Shown one piece after another: positions 46,783 through 60,284 of a DNA stretch of 64,000 bases. The stretch spans positions 166,532,001 to 166,596,000 of the forward strand of contig NC_091982.1 in the NCBI RefSeq assembly GCF_044704955.1, in the 5' to 3' direction. The position numbers and the translations under genes are program-made. This DNA is from Pristiophorus japonicus. Lineage: Eukaryota. Every line of letters starts with the position of its first letter. Positions within the stretch are counted from its first letter, which is position 1. Under the pieces are notes generated by a model that saw nothing but the letters and a program-made list of their open reading frames with translations, was not told the DNA's origin and ran no database searches.

Positions 46783-48270
46783 GGGATGAAGTTTTAGCCG
46801 CCCGCTAGAACGGTGCACATCGGAGAGGCCTGCCTAATTTATAGAACAAAAATTGCGCCGAATACTTACTCGCGATGCTCCAATAGCTGTAGGCCTAATT
46901 CCACCTCGGCGCGGCGTGCGCAGTAGCTGCCGGCATCCTGTCTCCGGAGCGACGACCCTATCCCAGGCTGAAGGGACGTCACCCCTATCCCCGGCCGAGT
47001 GGCCTGCATATGTTACCTCGGCGGCGGGCCCGCCCGCCCGGCCTCTCGCTGGGTCGGGCCCCGCCTGAAGAGTCGGCGGGGTCCGGCTTCCTTGTCGTCG
47101 GCAGGGCCCGTCCGCCCTGCATCTTGCTGGGGCGGGCCCCACCCGAAGAGTCGGTGGCTTCGGCAGCAGCCCGGCATCTTCTTCTCTCCCCCACCGGCCC
47201 CCCAATCTTCTTCTCCCCCCACACCCCCCCATCTTCTTCTCTCCCCCCACACCCCCCCATCTTCTTCTCTCCCCCCACACCCCCCCATCTTCTTCTCTCC
47301 CCCCACACCCCCCCATCTTCTTCTCTCCCCCCACACCCCCCCATCTTCTTCTCTCCCCCCACACCCCCCCATCTTCTTCTCTCCCCCACCGGCCCCCCAA
47401 TCTTCTTCTCCCCCCACACCCCCCCATCTTCTTCTCTCCCCCACCAGCCCCCCAATCTTCTTCTCCCCCCACACCCCCCCATCTTCTTCTCTCCCCCCAC
47501 ACCCCCCCATCTTCTTCTCTCCCCCACCGGCCCCCCAATCTTCTTCTCCCCCCACACCCCCCCATCTTCTTCTCTCCCCCCACACCCCCCCATCTTCTTC
47601 TCTCCCCCCACACCCCCCCATCTTCTTCTCTCCCCCACCGGCCCCCCATCTTCTTCTCTCCCCCCACACCCCCCCATCTTCTTCTCTCCCCCACCGGCCC
47701 CCCATCTTCTCTTCCCCACCCACCCCCCCAAATCATCTTCTTTTCCCCCCCCCCCACAAATCATCTTCTCTTCCCCCCCACCCCCGCCAATCTTCTTCTC
47801 TTCCTCTCTTCTCCCTGGAGCTGCAGTAGGTGAGTAGAAATAATTTTTTCATCGATCGAGTGATTTTTAATTTATTTTTAATTTTTAATTTTTTAATTTA
47901 TTTGGATTGATTTATTGGTTTATTTCTCATTTATTATTGATGATGGCTCTTTATTTGTAAAAGTGAAGTGTTTAGTGTTTGTTAACCCCCACCCCTCGTT
48001 CCCTACGCCTGATTTGTAACCTACGCCTGATTTTCTAAGTGTAGGCAAGGTTTTTTTGAGCGTACAAAAATCTTACTCCATTCTAAATTAGTTTGGGTGT
48101 AAGTGGCCGGACACTCCCCTTTTTGAAAAAAAATCTGTTCTAAAGTGAAACTGTTCTAACTCACTAGAACTGGAGCAAACTAAATGCTGAGAATTGCAAT
48201 TTCTAAGATACTCCATTCTAAACTATTTGCTCCAAAAAAATAGGAGCAACTCAGGCCGAAACTTGACCCC
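46783..48270. mobile_element. Non-autonomous TIR element (Harbinger-like) carrying a minisatellite
   Basis: Ends GGGATGAAGTTTTAGCC and the reverse complement GGGGTCAAGTTTCGGCC (13/17 match). No clean TSD. Confidence 0.6.
47172..47810. repeat. ~27-29-bp pyrimidine-rich minisatellite
   Basis: Units CCCCCCATCTTCTTCTCTCCCCCCACAC with variants such as ...CCCCCACCGGCCCCCCAA; about 20+ copies. Confidence 0.95.
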
Positions 48271-48830
48271 ATTGTGTGCAAGTGATTTTTGTTGGTATGA
48301 TTATTTTGTTGGTTATTTATGTTTTCGAGCCAAGTGCTTGAAAGCTGTGAGCACTGAGTTAAGTGATGTTGTTGCTGTTGAATAATTCCACTTCACAGGA
48401 TTATGTGCTGCTCCGGAAATCGTGATTAATTCACGATGTGGTCACATCAGCTAGATAATTTGTTAAAGATGTGGTTCTAAGTTTGCCATTGTTTGTGTTG
48501 AAATGGATTTAACAAAAATAAGAAGGATTATATTTATGGCAGACATTGGTGATTTGCTTTTTCCATTTCCCAGCACAGACTAATTAATGGCAATATGGTC
48601 AATATACTGACCGATCTATTGACTAATTCTAAAACAAGCTTGAATAAACTTAACCCACTTTGTTCACTAGATTCAAACAGGATTGACAAAGAAACCAAAC
48701 CAACCTTATTGACTTCATGCAGATTGGACCTTTTGACCTGAGCATTGTTGTACAGATGCAATTAGAAGTATAGTGAGCTAAAGTACATACTTTGCACTCT
48801 AGTATTACTTAAATTTTATAACATTCGTGG

Positions 48831-50131
48831 TCATCATCATCATAGGCAGTCCCTCGGAATTGAGGAAGACTTGCTTCCATTCTTAAACTGAGTTCTTAGG
48901 TGGCTGAACAGTCCAATATGAGAGCCACAGACTTTGTCACAGGTGGGACAGATAGTCGTTGAGGGAAAGGGTGGGTGGGACTGGTTTGCCACACGCTCTT
49001 TCCACTGCCTGCGCTTGATTTCTGCATGCTTTCGGCGATGAGACTCGAGGAGCTCAGCGCCCTCCCAGATGCACTTCCTCCACTTAGGGCGGTCTTTGGC
49101 CAGGGACTCCCAGGTGTCAGTGGGGATGTCGCACTTTATCAGGAAGGCTTTGAGGGTGTCCTTGTAATGCTTCCGCTGCCCACCTTTGGCTCGTTAGCCG
49201 TGAAGGAGTTCCGAGTAGAGCACTTGCTTTGGGAGTCTCGTGTCTGACATGTGAACTATGTGGCCTGCCCAGCGGAGCTGATCAAGTGTGATTAGTGCTT
49301 CAATGCTGGGGATGTTGGCCTGGTCAAGGACGCTAATGTTGGTGCCTCTGACCTCCGCAAGATCCTTGTAGGATCTTGCGGAGACATCGTTGGTGGTATT
49401 TCTCCAGCGTCTTGAGGTGCCTACTGTACATGGTCCATGTCTGAGCCATACAGGGGGGCGGGTACTACTACAACCGTGTAGACCATGAGCTTGGTGGCAG
49501 TTTTGAGGGCTTGGTCTTCAAACACTCTTTTCCTCAGGCGGTCGAGGGTTGCACTGGCGCACTGGAGGCAGTGTTGGATCTCGTCGTCAATGCCTGCTCT
49601 TGTTGATAGGAGGCTCCTGAGATATGGGAAGTGGTCCACGTTGTCCAGGGCCGCGCCGTGGATCTTGATGACTGGCGGGCAGAGCTGTGAGGCGAGGACA
49701 GGCTGCTGGAGAACCATTGTCTTACGGATGTTTAACGTGAGGTCCATGCTTTCATACGCCTCAGTAAATACGTCGATTATGTCCTGGAGTTCAGCCACTG
49801 TATGTGCGCAGACGCTGGTGTCGTCTGCATACTGTAGCTCGACGACAGAGGTTGGGGTGGTCTTACACCTGGCCTGGAATCGACGACGGTTGAACAGGTT
49901 CCCACTGGTTCTGTAGTTTAGTTCCGTTCCAGTGGGGAGGTTGTTGACTGTGAGGTGGAGCAAGGTGGCGAGTAAGATTGAGAAGAGGGTTGGGGCGATG
50001 ACGCAGCCTTGTTTGACCCCGGTCCGGACGTGGATTGGGTCTATGTTGGATCCGATGGTAAGGATCACGGGCTGCATGTCGTCGTGGAACAGGCGGAGGA
50101 TGGTGCCGAACTTTTAGGGGCATCCGAAACA
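48831..50131 (-). mobile_element. RTE-clade LINE, 5'-truncated
   Basis: GVKQGCVIAPTLF, LQYADD, FPYLRSLL; (ATG)n tail. Confidence 0.9.
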
Positions 50132-51537
50132 TTTGTGGTATGGCAGCTACGAACACATCATATCTTGAGTTCTCACCGTATTGGGCTCCTTACTGTAACA
50201 TTATGACACATGAGAGTTGTTCCATCAATAATAGTTGATTTACAGTCTCCTGTACATCTTGCTCGCTATTGCTCACACAAACAGACTCTGACACCATATA
50301 CACTGCACAAACTAGCCCAGGCATGCTGCTATCCTCTCAAGGCCAAGTATTGTTTTTAATCCATTATATTATCCTGAGCAAGTATTGCTATGCAATCAAA
50401 ACTATTCCTAAAAGGAACCATCCTCCTTGAGGGTAATATAATGCATTGAAAACAATACCTAGCCATTGGAGAAGATAGCCAAAAGAAACATCTTCAATAT
50501 AATCCTCAACTTCAATAGGGAACATAGGAACAGGAGTAGGTCATTTAGCTCCTGGAGACTGTTCCACCATTCAATTGCCCAACAGAAATCTATCAATTTT
50601 GAAATTTTCAACTGACAATAGCCTCAACAGCTTTTTAGGCAAGAAAGTTCCATAGTTCCACTAACTATTTGTGTGAATGAGTGCTTTCTGACATACCTCT
50701 GAATAACCTAGCTCTGACTTTAAAGTTAAGCCCCCTTGTTCTCGACTGCTCCCATTAGAGGAAATATTTTCTCTTTATTCTATCAATTCCTTTAATTATC
50801 TTAAACACTTAATGAATAGTATTTTTCATCCATCCAACTGTTCTAATCCATTCTCAGTCCTTATATTCAGCAAAAGATCTAGGGTTAGATTTTCCACTTT
50901 TTTTCCATGCTTAATGTCCATTTTACCGCTGAAATGACGTATAACGCCCATATATCGCCCATTTAACCACAAAATGGAAACTGATGGACATTTTTCGGAC
51001 ACTTATCGCCGAGTTTTACTTTCCCCATGTGCATAATGCCAGGAAAAAATAATACCACGCGCCCACTTTTTTGGGGCGGAATCATCAGAATGGGCGAAAT
51101 CCACGCCCATAATATCGCCCAGCATTACATTCCGCACGGAATTAACGTCGAGATTCAATAATACCGCCCACCCACTTTTTTTTGTTATGAAGATCACATT
51201 TGCCGAAACTAAAGGCCATGAGATCTCCCAGCGTTTCTTTCACCACCTCGCACACATCGCACAGAACAACGCTCGCCCAAAGAACCGCCCGTAAATAGTG
51301 GAACTAACTGGAACTAATCACAGTGTTATGGACGCCATGTTCTACATCACATGTCGCATCCTTTAAAAGGCTGCTCTGCTTCAACCTCTGGGGAGTTCGG
51401 ATGTACTCTGGAGGTCGTTGGAGTTGATGTGAACATCTGAACAAACATCTTGAACATACTGTGACCAATTGGAATTTAATAGGAGTCTTCGTCGGGACAT
51501 TCATTGTTTGTGACCAATCGGTGGAAAACAGAGAGCA

Positions 51538-52799
51538 ATGGGGCCTGTCCTTTCTCACTCTCTCTTGATGACCAATTACATGCTGCAGACTCAAGATGGG
51601 TGAAAGTAAGCTCCACAGCATTAGGTGGCCAATGTAAGATGTGCCAGATTGATGAGGACCAGACGTTACATCCCTCATAAGTACAGGGACAAGCGGTCTT
51701 ACCTCGACTTGCCCGACACCACCTGTGTTCGGAGACTGCGCTTCCATAATGAGGTTATCACTGAGGTATAAGGGCAGCTCATAAGGGCAGATCTGAAGCC
51801 TGCCAGCTCCATCAGTACTGCACTGTCCGTTGAGGTCAAAGTCACCGCGGCACTGTCGTTCTATGCGTCGGGTTCTTTTCAGGCCACAGCTGAAGACATT
51901 TGCGGTCTGTCTCAGCATGCCACACATTGCTGCATTAGACACGTCACTGAAGCTCTGTATGCACGCAGGAGGGAGTTGATCAGCTTCCCTATGACCAGGG
52001 AGGCAGAGTGAAAGGGCTCTAGGATTCTCCAGAATTGCAAACTTCCCCAAGGTGCAGGGAGCAATAGACTGTACGCACATCACGATGTGGGTACCTTTTC
52101 AAGATGCAGAGGTTTTCAGGAACCGCAAGGGATTCCACTCCCTGAATGTCCAACTGGTTGTCGACCACCAGCAAGTTATAATGGCAATGAATGCTAAATT
52201 TCCGGGCAGCATCCATGATGCTCACATCCTGCATGAGAGCTGTGTTAAACAAGTCAGATACAATCAGCCACAAGGTCAATGTTGGATGCTTGGTGACAAA
52301 GGATATGGCCTTGCCAACTGGCTGATGACACCCCTGTGTGACACCCACACTGAAGCCAAGAGGCGATACAACGAGAGCCACAGAGCCACTCGCAATATCA
52401 TGGAGAAAACCATTGGAGTGCTTAAGCAGCGCTTTAGGTGCCTGGAACACTCAGGAGGCGAGCTCCAATACCACCCTGAGCAGGTAGCTCAATTCGTGAT
52501 GGTGTGCTCCATGCTGCACAACTTGGCTATCAGGAGGGGACAAGAATTGCCTGATGAGCCTGACAATCCATATCTTGCTTCTGGCTCAGAGCACGTTCCC
52601 ACCTCTGGACCATCCTCTCCCGTATCCGTCCAAGTAGGAAGAGGAGGACGAGGAGGCAGTTGCTGACATTGGCCCAGACAATCAGGCTGACGCTGAAGTC
52701 ATGCCCCCGCCCCTCTGTAGACCGCATGAAAGGGCCCGTGATGGCATGATAGCTGCAAGAGCCTTATGTCAGGAACTCATCAATGAGCGCTTTGCCTGA
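51538..52799 (+). pseudogene. HARBI1-like transposase, frameshifted
   Basis: QGAIDCTHI, PGSIHDAHIL, LGDKGY, IMEKTIG, CSMLHN. Confidence 0.88.
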
Positions 52800-52908
52800 A
52801 AAAACGTGGGTGCTGGGTGTGCAGGTCATACATCAATGGTGGGCATCACCTTGGTGACAGTTAAAGTTTAAATTGATTGAAGTTAAGTGTAATTATTACA
52901 CTTTGTGG

Positions 52909-53352
52909 TTAAGGAATTGGTGCAGCTATCTGAGCCAATGCGCAACAAGATTTTGTTAAATAAAAAACATTTAAACCAAACAGTTGTCTGAAATCATCAG
53001 TATTTTTGTAAAAACCAACCCTTCCCCCCCGCTTCTCCTCCCTTTCCCTAACCCTATCCCTTCCCCTCCTGGCTGCAAGCCATTTGGCCGAGGAGCTCCT
53101 CAGGCGATGCTTCATTGGGGGGGGGGTGGGGTGGGATGACGGCCGAAGCGCTGCTTGGATGAATACAAAAGAGGACGGTCCCGAGGTGGGAATGTGCTCC
53201 GAGCCAGAAGCAAGATGTTGCTCCTGGCTCTCATGTGGTTGGCAATGTGGTGCGGCACCTTGGGGTGCAGTGCCGTGCTCCGGGACCACTGGGAGCCCTC
53301 TGACACCAGTGTTCCTGGCTACCAGTTCCAGGGCCTCCACTATCCCTTCCAT
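52909..53352 (-). CDS. Short Harbinger partner ORF, copy 2
   Basis: MEGIVEALELVARNTG..., homologous to 25519-25875. Confidence 0.35.
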   Translation of the reverse strand: MEGIVEALELVARNTGVRGLPVVPEHGTAPQGAAPHCQPHESQEQHLASGSEHIPTSGPSSFVFIQAALRPSSHPTPPPMKHRLRSSSAKWLAARRGRDRVREREEKRGGRVGFYKNTDDFRQLFGLNVFYLTKSCCALAQIAAPIP

Positions 53353-55805
53353 GTTATATCTTATTTGTTGGACAAAAACTCGGTGCCAACTTAGTAGGCT
53401 TTTTGCTGCTGGTGAATCTCCCTCGTGCCTCCCACAACAGCCAACCAAGCATACACCACAGCCAAACAAGCCTTCAGTCCCTCTCAGCTCCCTCTCTCTC
53501 TGTCTCCTCTTCTGCGCATGTCATGATGACCCTTGACCTCCTGAATCGCGGCAATCGAGCATTGCCATGTCGTTGCTAAGGACGGCGACACTTTACGGCA
53601 GAAGGTCAGCGAGATTTAACGCTACCACCCATTTCATATCGCTCGCGGTAACGCCCAATTTAAAAAATGGAGACTAGGTGCTTTGAGAATGGGCGAGAAG
53701 TCGGGAATCTGAAAACCCATTTTTACCGCCCACGCCGAAATAACGCCCATTTTTGGGCGATATGCACTAAAGTGTAAAATCTAGCCCCCCGTCCCTTATT
53801 CCTCACTGGCCTATGTACTTCTACTTTTCAAACTGCTACTTTTCTTCTCTACCAGTCGCCCTCTGATGCTGGTGCAAGCTGCCTTGCTATTTGCAGTCTA
53901 ACTGATGAAACAATCCAATAACTAACTTCCTTACTCTCTCCTCTCCAACTCATACAGTACATCACATAAAAACAGACACATGGTTGATTTTTTTTTGTTA
54001 AATCTAATTTATAAGCAAGTGTTATGGAAAGTTACTTGCACATTTATGGTGCCTTTCATCATTTTGAAAAGTGTCCAAGCACTTAACACAATGAATGACT
54101 TTGGGAGCACAGTAACTGTCATGTAAACATGTGCAACAGGCATTTTGTGGCAGCAACTTTACACAAAAAAAAATCACAAAGATAAATGACTATTTGAATC
54201 CCTTTTTTGACAGTATTGGCTAATCAAGGGGGAGAACGCCCTGGTCTTTGAATGATCACCCGAACCGACGGACAGGGTTTTAGTTTAATATTTCACCCAA
54301 AGGACAGAACGTTTGACAATGTAACACATCCACAGTCCAGAATTGGCTGTCACTCCAGTCCTGTAATGGAATTCAGCCTTGCAGTCTTCTAACCCAGAGG
54401 CAAGAGTGCTACCAATTGAGCTAATTTGAGTTCACAAGTAGCGAGTACGTTGTTCTAAACCTGCCCAAGTTACACCAACAGTACCGCAGATAACCCCATG
54501 TGCTGAAAAAACCCAGCTCCTTTTTATGTATATTCTAACGTCCTGTTAATTGTGTTTAAAATTGTGGCAATTATAAGCTCCTGATATGTAAAATGTGGAG
54601 AGATAGTTACACAATTTTTCATTAGCAAAGTATTGATTTTTTGTAGTTACATTTCCAAAGCATCCCTTTCAGAATAAACATCTGCATATGCTGGAAATCT
54701 GAAATAAACAGCTGATCAACATTTGAAAAGAGTGGTTAACATCTTGGGTGTAAATTCTTTGTCAGAATCCCCTGCAAAAGCTTAAAGTATCCTTTCTTTT
54801 TAAATATGCTGACAAATCTGCAGTATATTTGAGACTTGTGATATAAGTAGAATAGCCTGTCTGGATTTGTGAAGTATAAAAGCTTTTCTTCTGTAAAACG
54901 TACTGTAAACAACTCCTGGAAATAGAAACAGGATGATTAAATTCCAGTCAGCATACTTTATTTAGCTTCTAGTGATGCAGTTGTAATATTTAAACAGTGT
55001 GATAATTTGAAATGTTTAAATTATTCCAGTACTATTGAAGAAAGGCTGCACACAGTGCCAGTGAGTTGAAAGAATAGGGTTTTTTTTGGAAGTGGGGGGG
55101 CTGGATGAGGGGAAAGGGTTGTGTGACTCTAGTTTCTTGTCCCTTCAGAGATCAAAGCTTATTTTTTTTTAAATTGAACAATTTGATTTTGTTCTGCCAA
55201 CATTTTTAAACTGCAAAAATATCCTGGAATATTATTGAGGTTACACCCAATGTTTGATGAAACGGTTTGGTTTTGTATATTTTGCACTGGTGCAAAACGA
55301 ATTTATGCTCGAGTCTGGCAGACACAACGCAGGAATGGGGTATTTTGTACTTGGAAAGCTTTTTAGCATCAGAGCAACCACGTTCAAACTGAAAATTTCT
55401 GTGGTTTTGAAGCATTTCACTTCTGATCACCAGGACACAAGAGGAGGAATTAGGCAGCTGGAGTAGTTCAGAGAAAAGCCACGGGGACAATTCCTGGTAT
55501 TGGAGATATGAGAGAAAATTGGAGAAATCTTGGGCTTTTTAGCCTTGAAGATCGTGGAACTATGTAAGATAATGAACAGTGTGGAGAATTTTGACACACA
55601 TTCAAACTAATAAAGCGGAAATTTAGAGCCGATGTCATATATACGATGAATGGATTTGCTGTTAGAAGCGTGGATACAAAAACCCTGGAATTTTCTCCAA
55701 AACAATTAGAATCTGGCATGGGGTGTGGAGCGGTTGTAGGAGTTTACATAAACTAGGATGGCTGAATGCCCTTCCTCATCCATATTTTTTATTTTTTTTA
55801 ATTCA

Positions 55806-55950
55806 TATAGCGTCTTTCACGACCTCAGGACATCGCAGAGCGCTTGCTGGTCAATGAAGTACTTTTAAAATGTGGTCACTGTTGTAATGTCGGAAACACA
55901 GCAACCAATTTGCACACAGCAAGCTCCCACCAACAGCAATGAGACAATGA
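55806..55950 (-). mobile_element. Deu-domain SINE 3' fragment
   Basis: Reverse complement of part of 14185-14520. Confidence 0.7.
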
Positions 55951-57125
55951 CCTATGTGAACTAACGCTGTATGTGGTGTTGGAATAGTGCCAAGTTGGTT
56001 TTGCAGTGACTGAATAGTCGAGTCATTAATAGAACGTTTGAAATCTCCTCCCCACATCAGAGCCATGAGCATGAGAGGAAATGTACAGAAATCATTGTTG
56101 GTTTGCTATAACCAGCTAAACTCAAAATAGATTTTCCACTGGGGTTCATATCAACCCCACAGTTTTTTTAATGCAACCAGCCATATGGGAATGGGGCTTG
56201 GGATGGGTTAAAATTGGGCAAGCCAACTCGATGCTACACTGTGACTACCCAGCACCATTTTAATGGCCATCTTAAAAGCAGCGACAGGGCTGCCCACCAC
56301 AGGCATGTGGGGCCTCAACAATATTTAAACGCCTGGATCCGATGATGTCATTCAGGCGCCGACGTGAATGTAGCTGCCAATTACGGCAGCAATGTCCAGT
56401 GTCAGGGCCACCAGTGAAAGAGGCAAGAGTGCGCTTCCAGGTCCCAGAAGAAAATCTTGGGCCTCCCCTTTCCCAAGCCTCCCTACCCCGTCTCTGAACA
56501 CAATCGCCTCCGAACACCTCTCGCACAACTGACCTTAGGTCGGAGACCATTCCCTTCGGTTCCCACCGGGCTCAGCCGGGAGTACACGCTACAACATTGT
56601 AACAAGGCTCAGCCATTAAAATTGGCCAAGCCTTGCTCCAATTGCTCCTTAGCCCTCCCATGTTCCGATCACGCTCTGGGATAAAACTGCCCTCGACATA
56701 TTTTTTTAAACATTTTTTATGGTGCCTATCCTTCTGCATTCTCTGCTGTTTCTAACATGGTTGGTTCAATTAAGTGCCCTGCTGGTGCTGCTGTGAACAA
56801 TGTCAGGGAAGAAGGTGGGCTGATCGTCTTCCAGACAAAGCACAGAAACAATTGCTGCTTTCTAATAATGGGAGAGAGAGTCATCGCCGGTCATACTCCT
56901 GTACTCTCAGCTGTTTAACTTTTGCAGTGATAGAGGCATTGGGCCAAATTAGACACAAACAGCCAGAAAGACAGGGAGAGAGAGAAGCCACATGGGCTGC
57001 CTCCATTTTAGCTAGAACTATCTTTAACTTTTGTTAATCAGAAACAAAACTTCTGTGTTTGTGAACCTTCCTAGAAGTACAGTAATGTAACTAACTTCTC
57101 CTTATCCAATCGTTTTGGAATTATT

Positions 57126-57761
57126 GGGCTAGAATTTCCTAACAACCTGCCAGTGCCCGATTGCCACCCAAAAGACCACTAAGATTCCCAAAATTATCGC
57201 CGGCGAAAACTTTCCCCAAAAAAAGAAAAAAATCCACCCAGTGAAAAAAATGGGCGTTGCACCCCAATTTTCGGCGAAAAAGTGGAATTTAGGGTCAATT
57301 GACCAGTTCTTAAAGAAAATGGGTGTAATTTTAAAAATTCATTGTAAATTTACCCCGAGGCTGCAGGTTGGGCCTAGGAGGAGAAAAACACAAATGTTTT
57401 TTTAAAAAACAGAACATAAAAAATCATAAAAACATTCTCGGGACCCTTTTAACTTAATACATGACAACAGAATTTTAAAATAATAAGTAAAAACCAATTA
57501 CTAACTTTTTTCTTGCAGACCTACCACCCAGCTTCGCTGATTCTCGTGGACATTTTTTTTAATACTTACCTACGGGTCACCGCTGAGCTAAAAGTCACGC
57601 CATGGCGATCTGAGGACGGTGCACGCCGGCAGTCCGCTCCCCAGCAGTACCTTGAACCGCCGGCGTAACTCAGCTGGGCAATTTCTCGCTGACCCGGTTA
57701 TCGCCCAAAACGGCCAATACCGTCCAGAAACTGTCTGGTGAGCCGTTGCAATTTCTAGCCC
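57126..57761. mobile_element. Harbinger MITE sharing the GGGCTAGA TIR
   Basis: GGGCTAGAATT...AATTTCTAGCCC with a perfect 3-bp TSD ATT. Confidence 0.85.
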
Positions 57762-58854
57762 ATTGTATTTTATCTTTGATGTACAGTAAGAGATAAGTAA
57801 CTTCTCTTTATTGCTGCTTTGTAAATTGTTCCTGTTGTATAACAAGAATTCTAGATCTGTCTTTATTTTTGCCAACAGCTCACTCTATAGTTATTAAAGG
57901 ATTTGGATTTTGAAGCTCTGACCTTTAGCCATAATTCTTAGTGTAGTGTTGAAGTTAGATGGAGAATCAGAGTTATCGCTCGCCGTACGCTACACTCTGA
58001 CAGAACCAGTACACTATCTTTGCCCGACATCCAACCATGCACTTTTAGCAGGGGTTGGCTGGATAGTGAAAGCTTGAACTTGGGACATCAAGACACATTG
58101 CTGTGTTCCTACCACGCCCCAATGTGATATCAACCCCGACTGGAGATTATAGCGATGACGCTTAATGAGATATTGCATCAAGGGAAGAAAGGTACAACTA
58201 AAAGCAAAGATATATCATGGAGAAAAACCAACGACCTGCTTGAGCATAATGGAGATTGTGCATTTAAATCTTATATATTTACTAATCATATATTATTTCT
58301 CTCCTCTTTCATCTCCAAGCATCGATTTAATACCTAAAGTGTCGTAATATCATGGTGATGCATTATCAAATTATCTATCAATAGTTTCTTTATTGCTGTA
58401 GATCTATTAATTATTAAAACATTTTCCATCTTCAAAACCTGCCTGAACATACGAATGTGAATGTGAAATATAGATGTTCTATTTCTGACTCTGTTTTTTT
58501 GGGCTTTCCTGTAATGATATATTTTTCCTCCTGTGGCCCTAATATCCTGAAGTAAATTTTGAAACACAATGTGACGACTCGGGTCACTGTATATGTCGTT
58601 CATCAAATGAATTTGGCTTGCATCACATGTTCGACCCGATATTCAGTGCCTTCTTTGCACTTGGTCATTTTGCAATCTGCAAGCAGAGCTGAAGACATCG
58701 TGTGAGATCATGGCTTTTTTTAAAAAGCTGTATTTGTAAAATGATGAATTAAAACAATTCTGTGCTTCACAAATATGTGCTTATAAATCGAATCCCAGAC
58801 GTGGAAAGCACTGAGACTACAGGAAATGCATATAACCCATTAAATAAAGGAAAG

Positions 58855-59080
58855 AAAGACATACATTTATATAGCGCCTTTCATGACCTCCGGATGTCTC
58901 AAAGCACTTTACAGCCAATGAAGTACTTTTGAAGTGTAGTCATTGTTGTAATGTAGGAAATGCAGAAGCCAATTTATGCACAGCAAACTCCCACAAACTG
59001 CAATAATGACCAGATAATTTGTTTATTCGTGGTGTTGATTGAAGGGTAAATAATGGCCAGGACACCGGGGAGAACTCTCC
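58855..59080 (-). mobile_element. Deu-domain SINE fragment
   Basis: ATTTATATAGCGCCTTTCA...TGGCCAGGACACCGGGGAGAACTC, the reverse complement of the 14.3-14.5 kb element. Confidence 0.75.
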
Positions 59081-59126
59081 TCGATGTACCTTCCCAAGCG
59101 TCGCTCAATAATTTAATTCTCAAATG

Positions 59127-59460
59127 AAAACAGAAAATGCTGGAAACACTCAGTGAGTCAAGCAGCATACGTGGAGTTAATGGGAGCAATTTTAACCTAA
59201 CCCACCTGTCATTTAAACTCACCAGATCAAGTGCAACAAAGGTTTTACACCCAATCCGATTTTACTCTCCCTTGAAGTCAGAGGAGAGTAATATTGGGCG
59301 GAGTGTAAAACCGACGTTTCACCTGATCCCGTAGGTTTCTCCTCCATTAAGTTGTTTCAGGTCAATGACATTTCATCCGCATCCCTCTGATGACAACTCT
59401 GTTTGTCTTTCCGCGGGTTCTCCCTGACCTGCTGAGTGTTTCTAGCATTTTCTGTTTTAA
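59127..59460. repeat. Palindromic repeat (possibly Penelope-derived) with an internal hairpin
   Basis: AAAACAGAAAATGCTGGAAACACTCAG ... CTGAGTGTTTCTAGCATTTTCTGTTTT. The family assignment is tentative. Confidence 0.6.
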
Positions 59461-60284
59461 ATTCAGATTTCCAGCACCTACAGTATTTTTCTTTTGTTTT
59501 ATGATTTAATTCTAATGTTTTGCTGCCCATGAGCAATTTTAAAGCGGGGCACACATTTATGTCCAAAACCTCTGTTTAATGCGGTATGATAGAATGTTTT
59601 TTGCAATGGGCTCCTGAGGTGAAGGGCTGTCAAAAGCTCCAATACTTAAATCTGCTGTGGTTATTATCTGGTGCTTGCACCTCCTCTGGTCTTAACTGGG
59701 CAGCTCCGAGTCATTTTCAGAATAATCACAAAGGTACAATGACATTTAAAAAATGACAACCTTGAATTAACCATCATATACAATAAAACCCATGTTGCTG
59801 GCAGTGAAGAGCACATTTGTGTGGGAGATGAGATAATCAGACCGGAGAAAGTGTTTTAAATTTAGTGTTTCAATTTTCAGGGAAGAAACAAGAAATGATT
59901 TTATCACCAAGTCTGTTGAAATTGAAAAGAAAATGTAGAAGGTTGTGATTTGATTACATTTGCTGCCATTGCCCCTCACCTTTCTTTCATCTACTTTGCA
60001 ATTCAGTCCGTGAGAAATTCTTCCGATGTTGTTTATCACTGACCATGTTATTGATGATTCAACTCACTGGCAACTGAAGGATTCGGTTTGGTTTTCCAAA
60101 TTTGTGTGTTTTTTGTCCTTCAATATCTATGAGAATACTGGTGAATGTATTAATAAAGTAGAATTAGAGAGGATAACATTACTGAATTAAGATTTGCATT
60201 TATGTTTTAAGGGAATTGGATAAATACTTGAATGGGACAAATTTGCAGGGCTATGGGGAAAGAGCAGGGGATTGGGATTTTAAA

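Larger units (their letters stand above)
50882..53787 (+). mobile_element. Compact 2.9-kb Harbinger element (copy 2)
   Basis: TIRs GGGTTAGATTTTCCACTTT / AAAGTGTAAAATCTAGCCC; colinear with 25092-27994 in inverse orientation. Confidence 0.9.

Noticed and set aside
47172-47810. Short repeats as a CRISPR-like array
   Set aside because: No unique spacers, low complexity and a eukaryotic context.
46834-47837. Long Gly- or Pro-rich ORFs in several frames
   Set aside because: Translation artefacts of the minisatellite.
56120-56692. Possible additional MITE
   Set aside because: TIRs too degenerate and no TSD.
43360-60090. Scattered unique minus-strand segments (about 43.4, 45.2, 48.7, 55.3, 58.6 and 60.0 kb) as host exons; two faintly resemble a serine protease (GRISHGLNCKVDE; VALMLK...PALCLPD)
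   Set aside because: No consistent spliced frame, in-frame stops, and no catalytic-triad motifs. Would need RNA-seq or tBLASTn.
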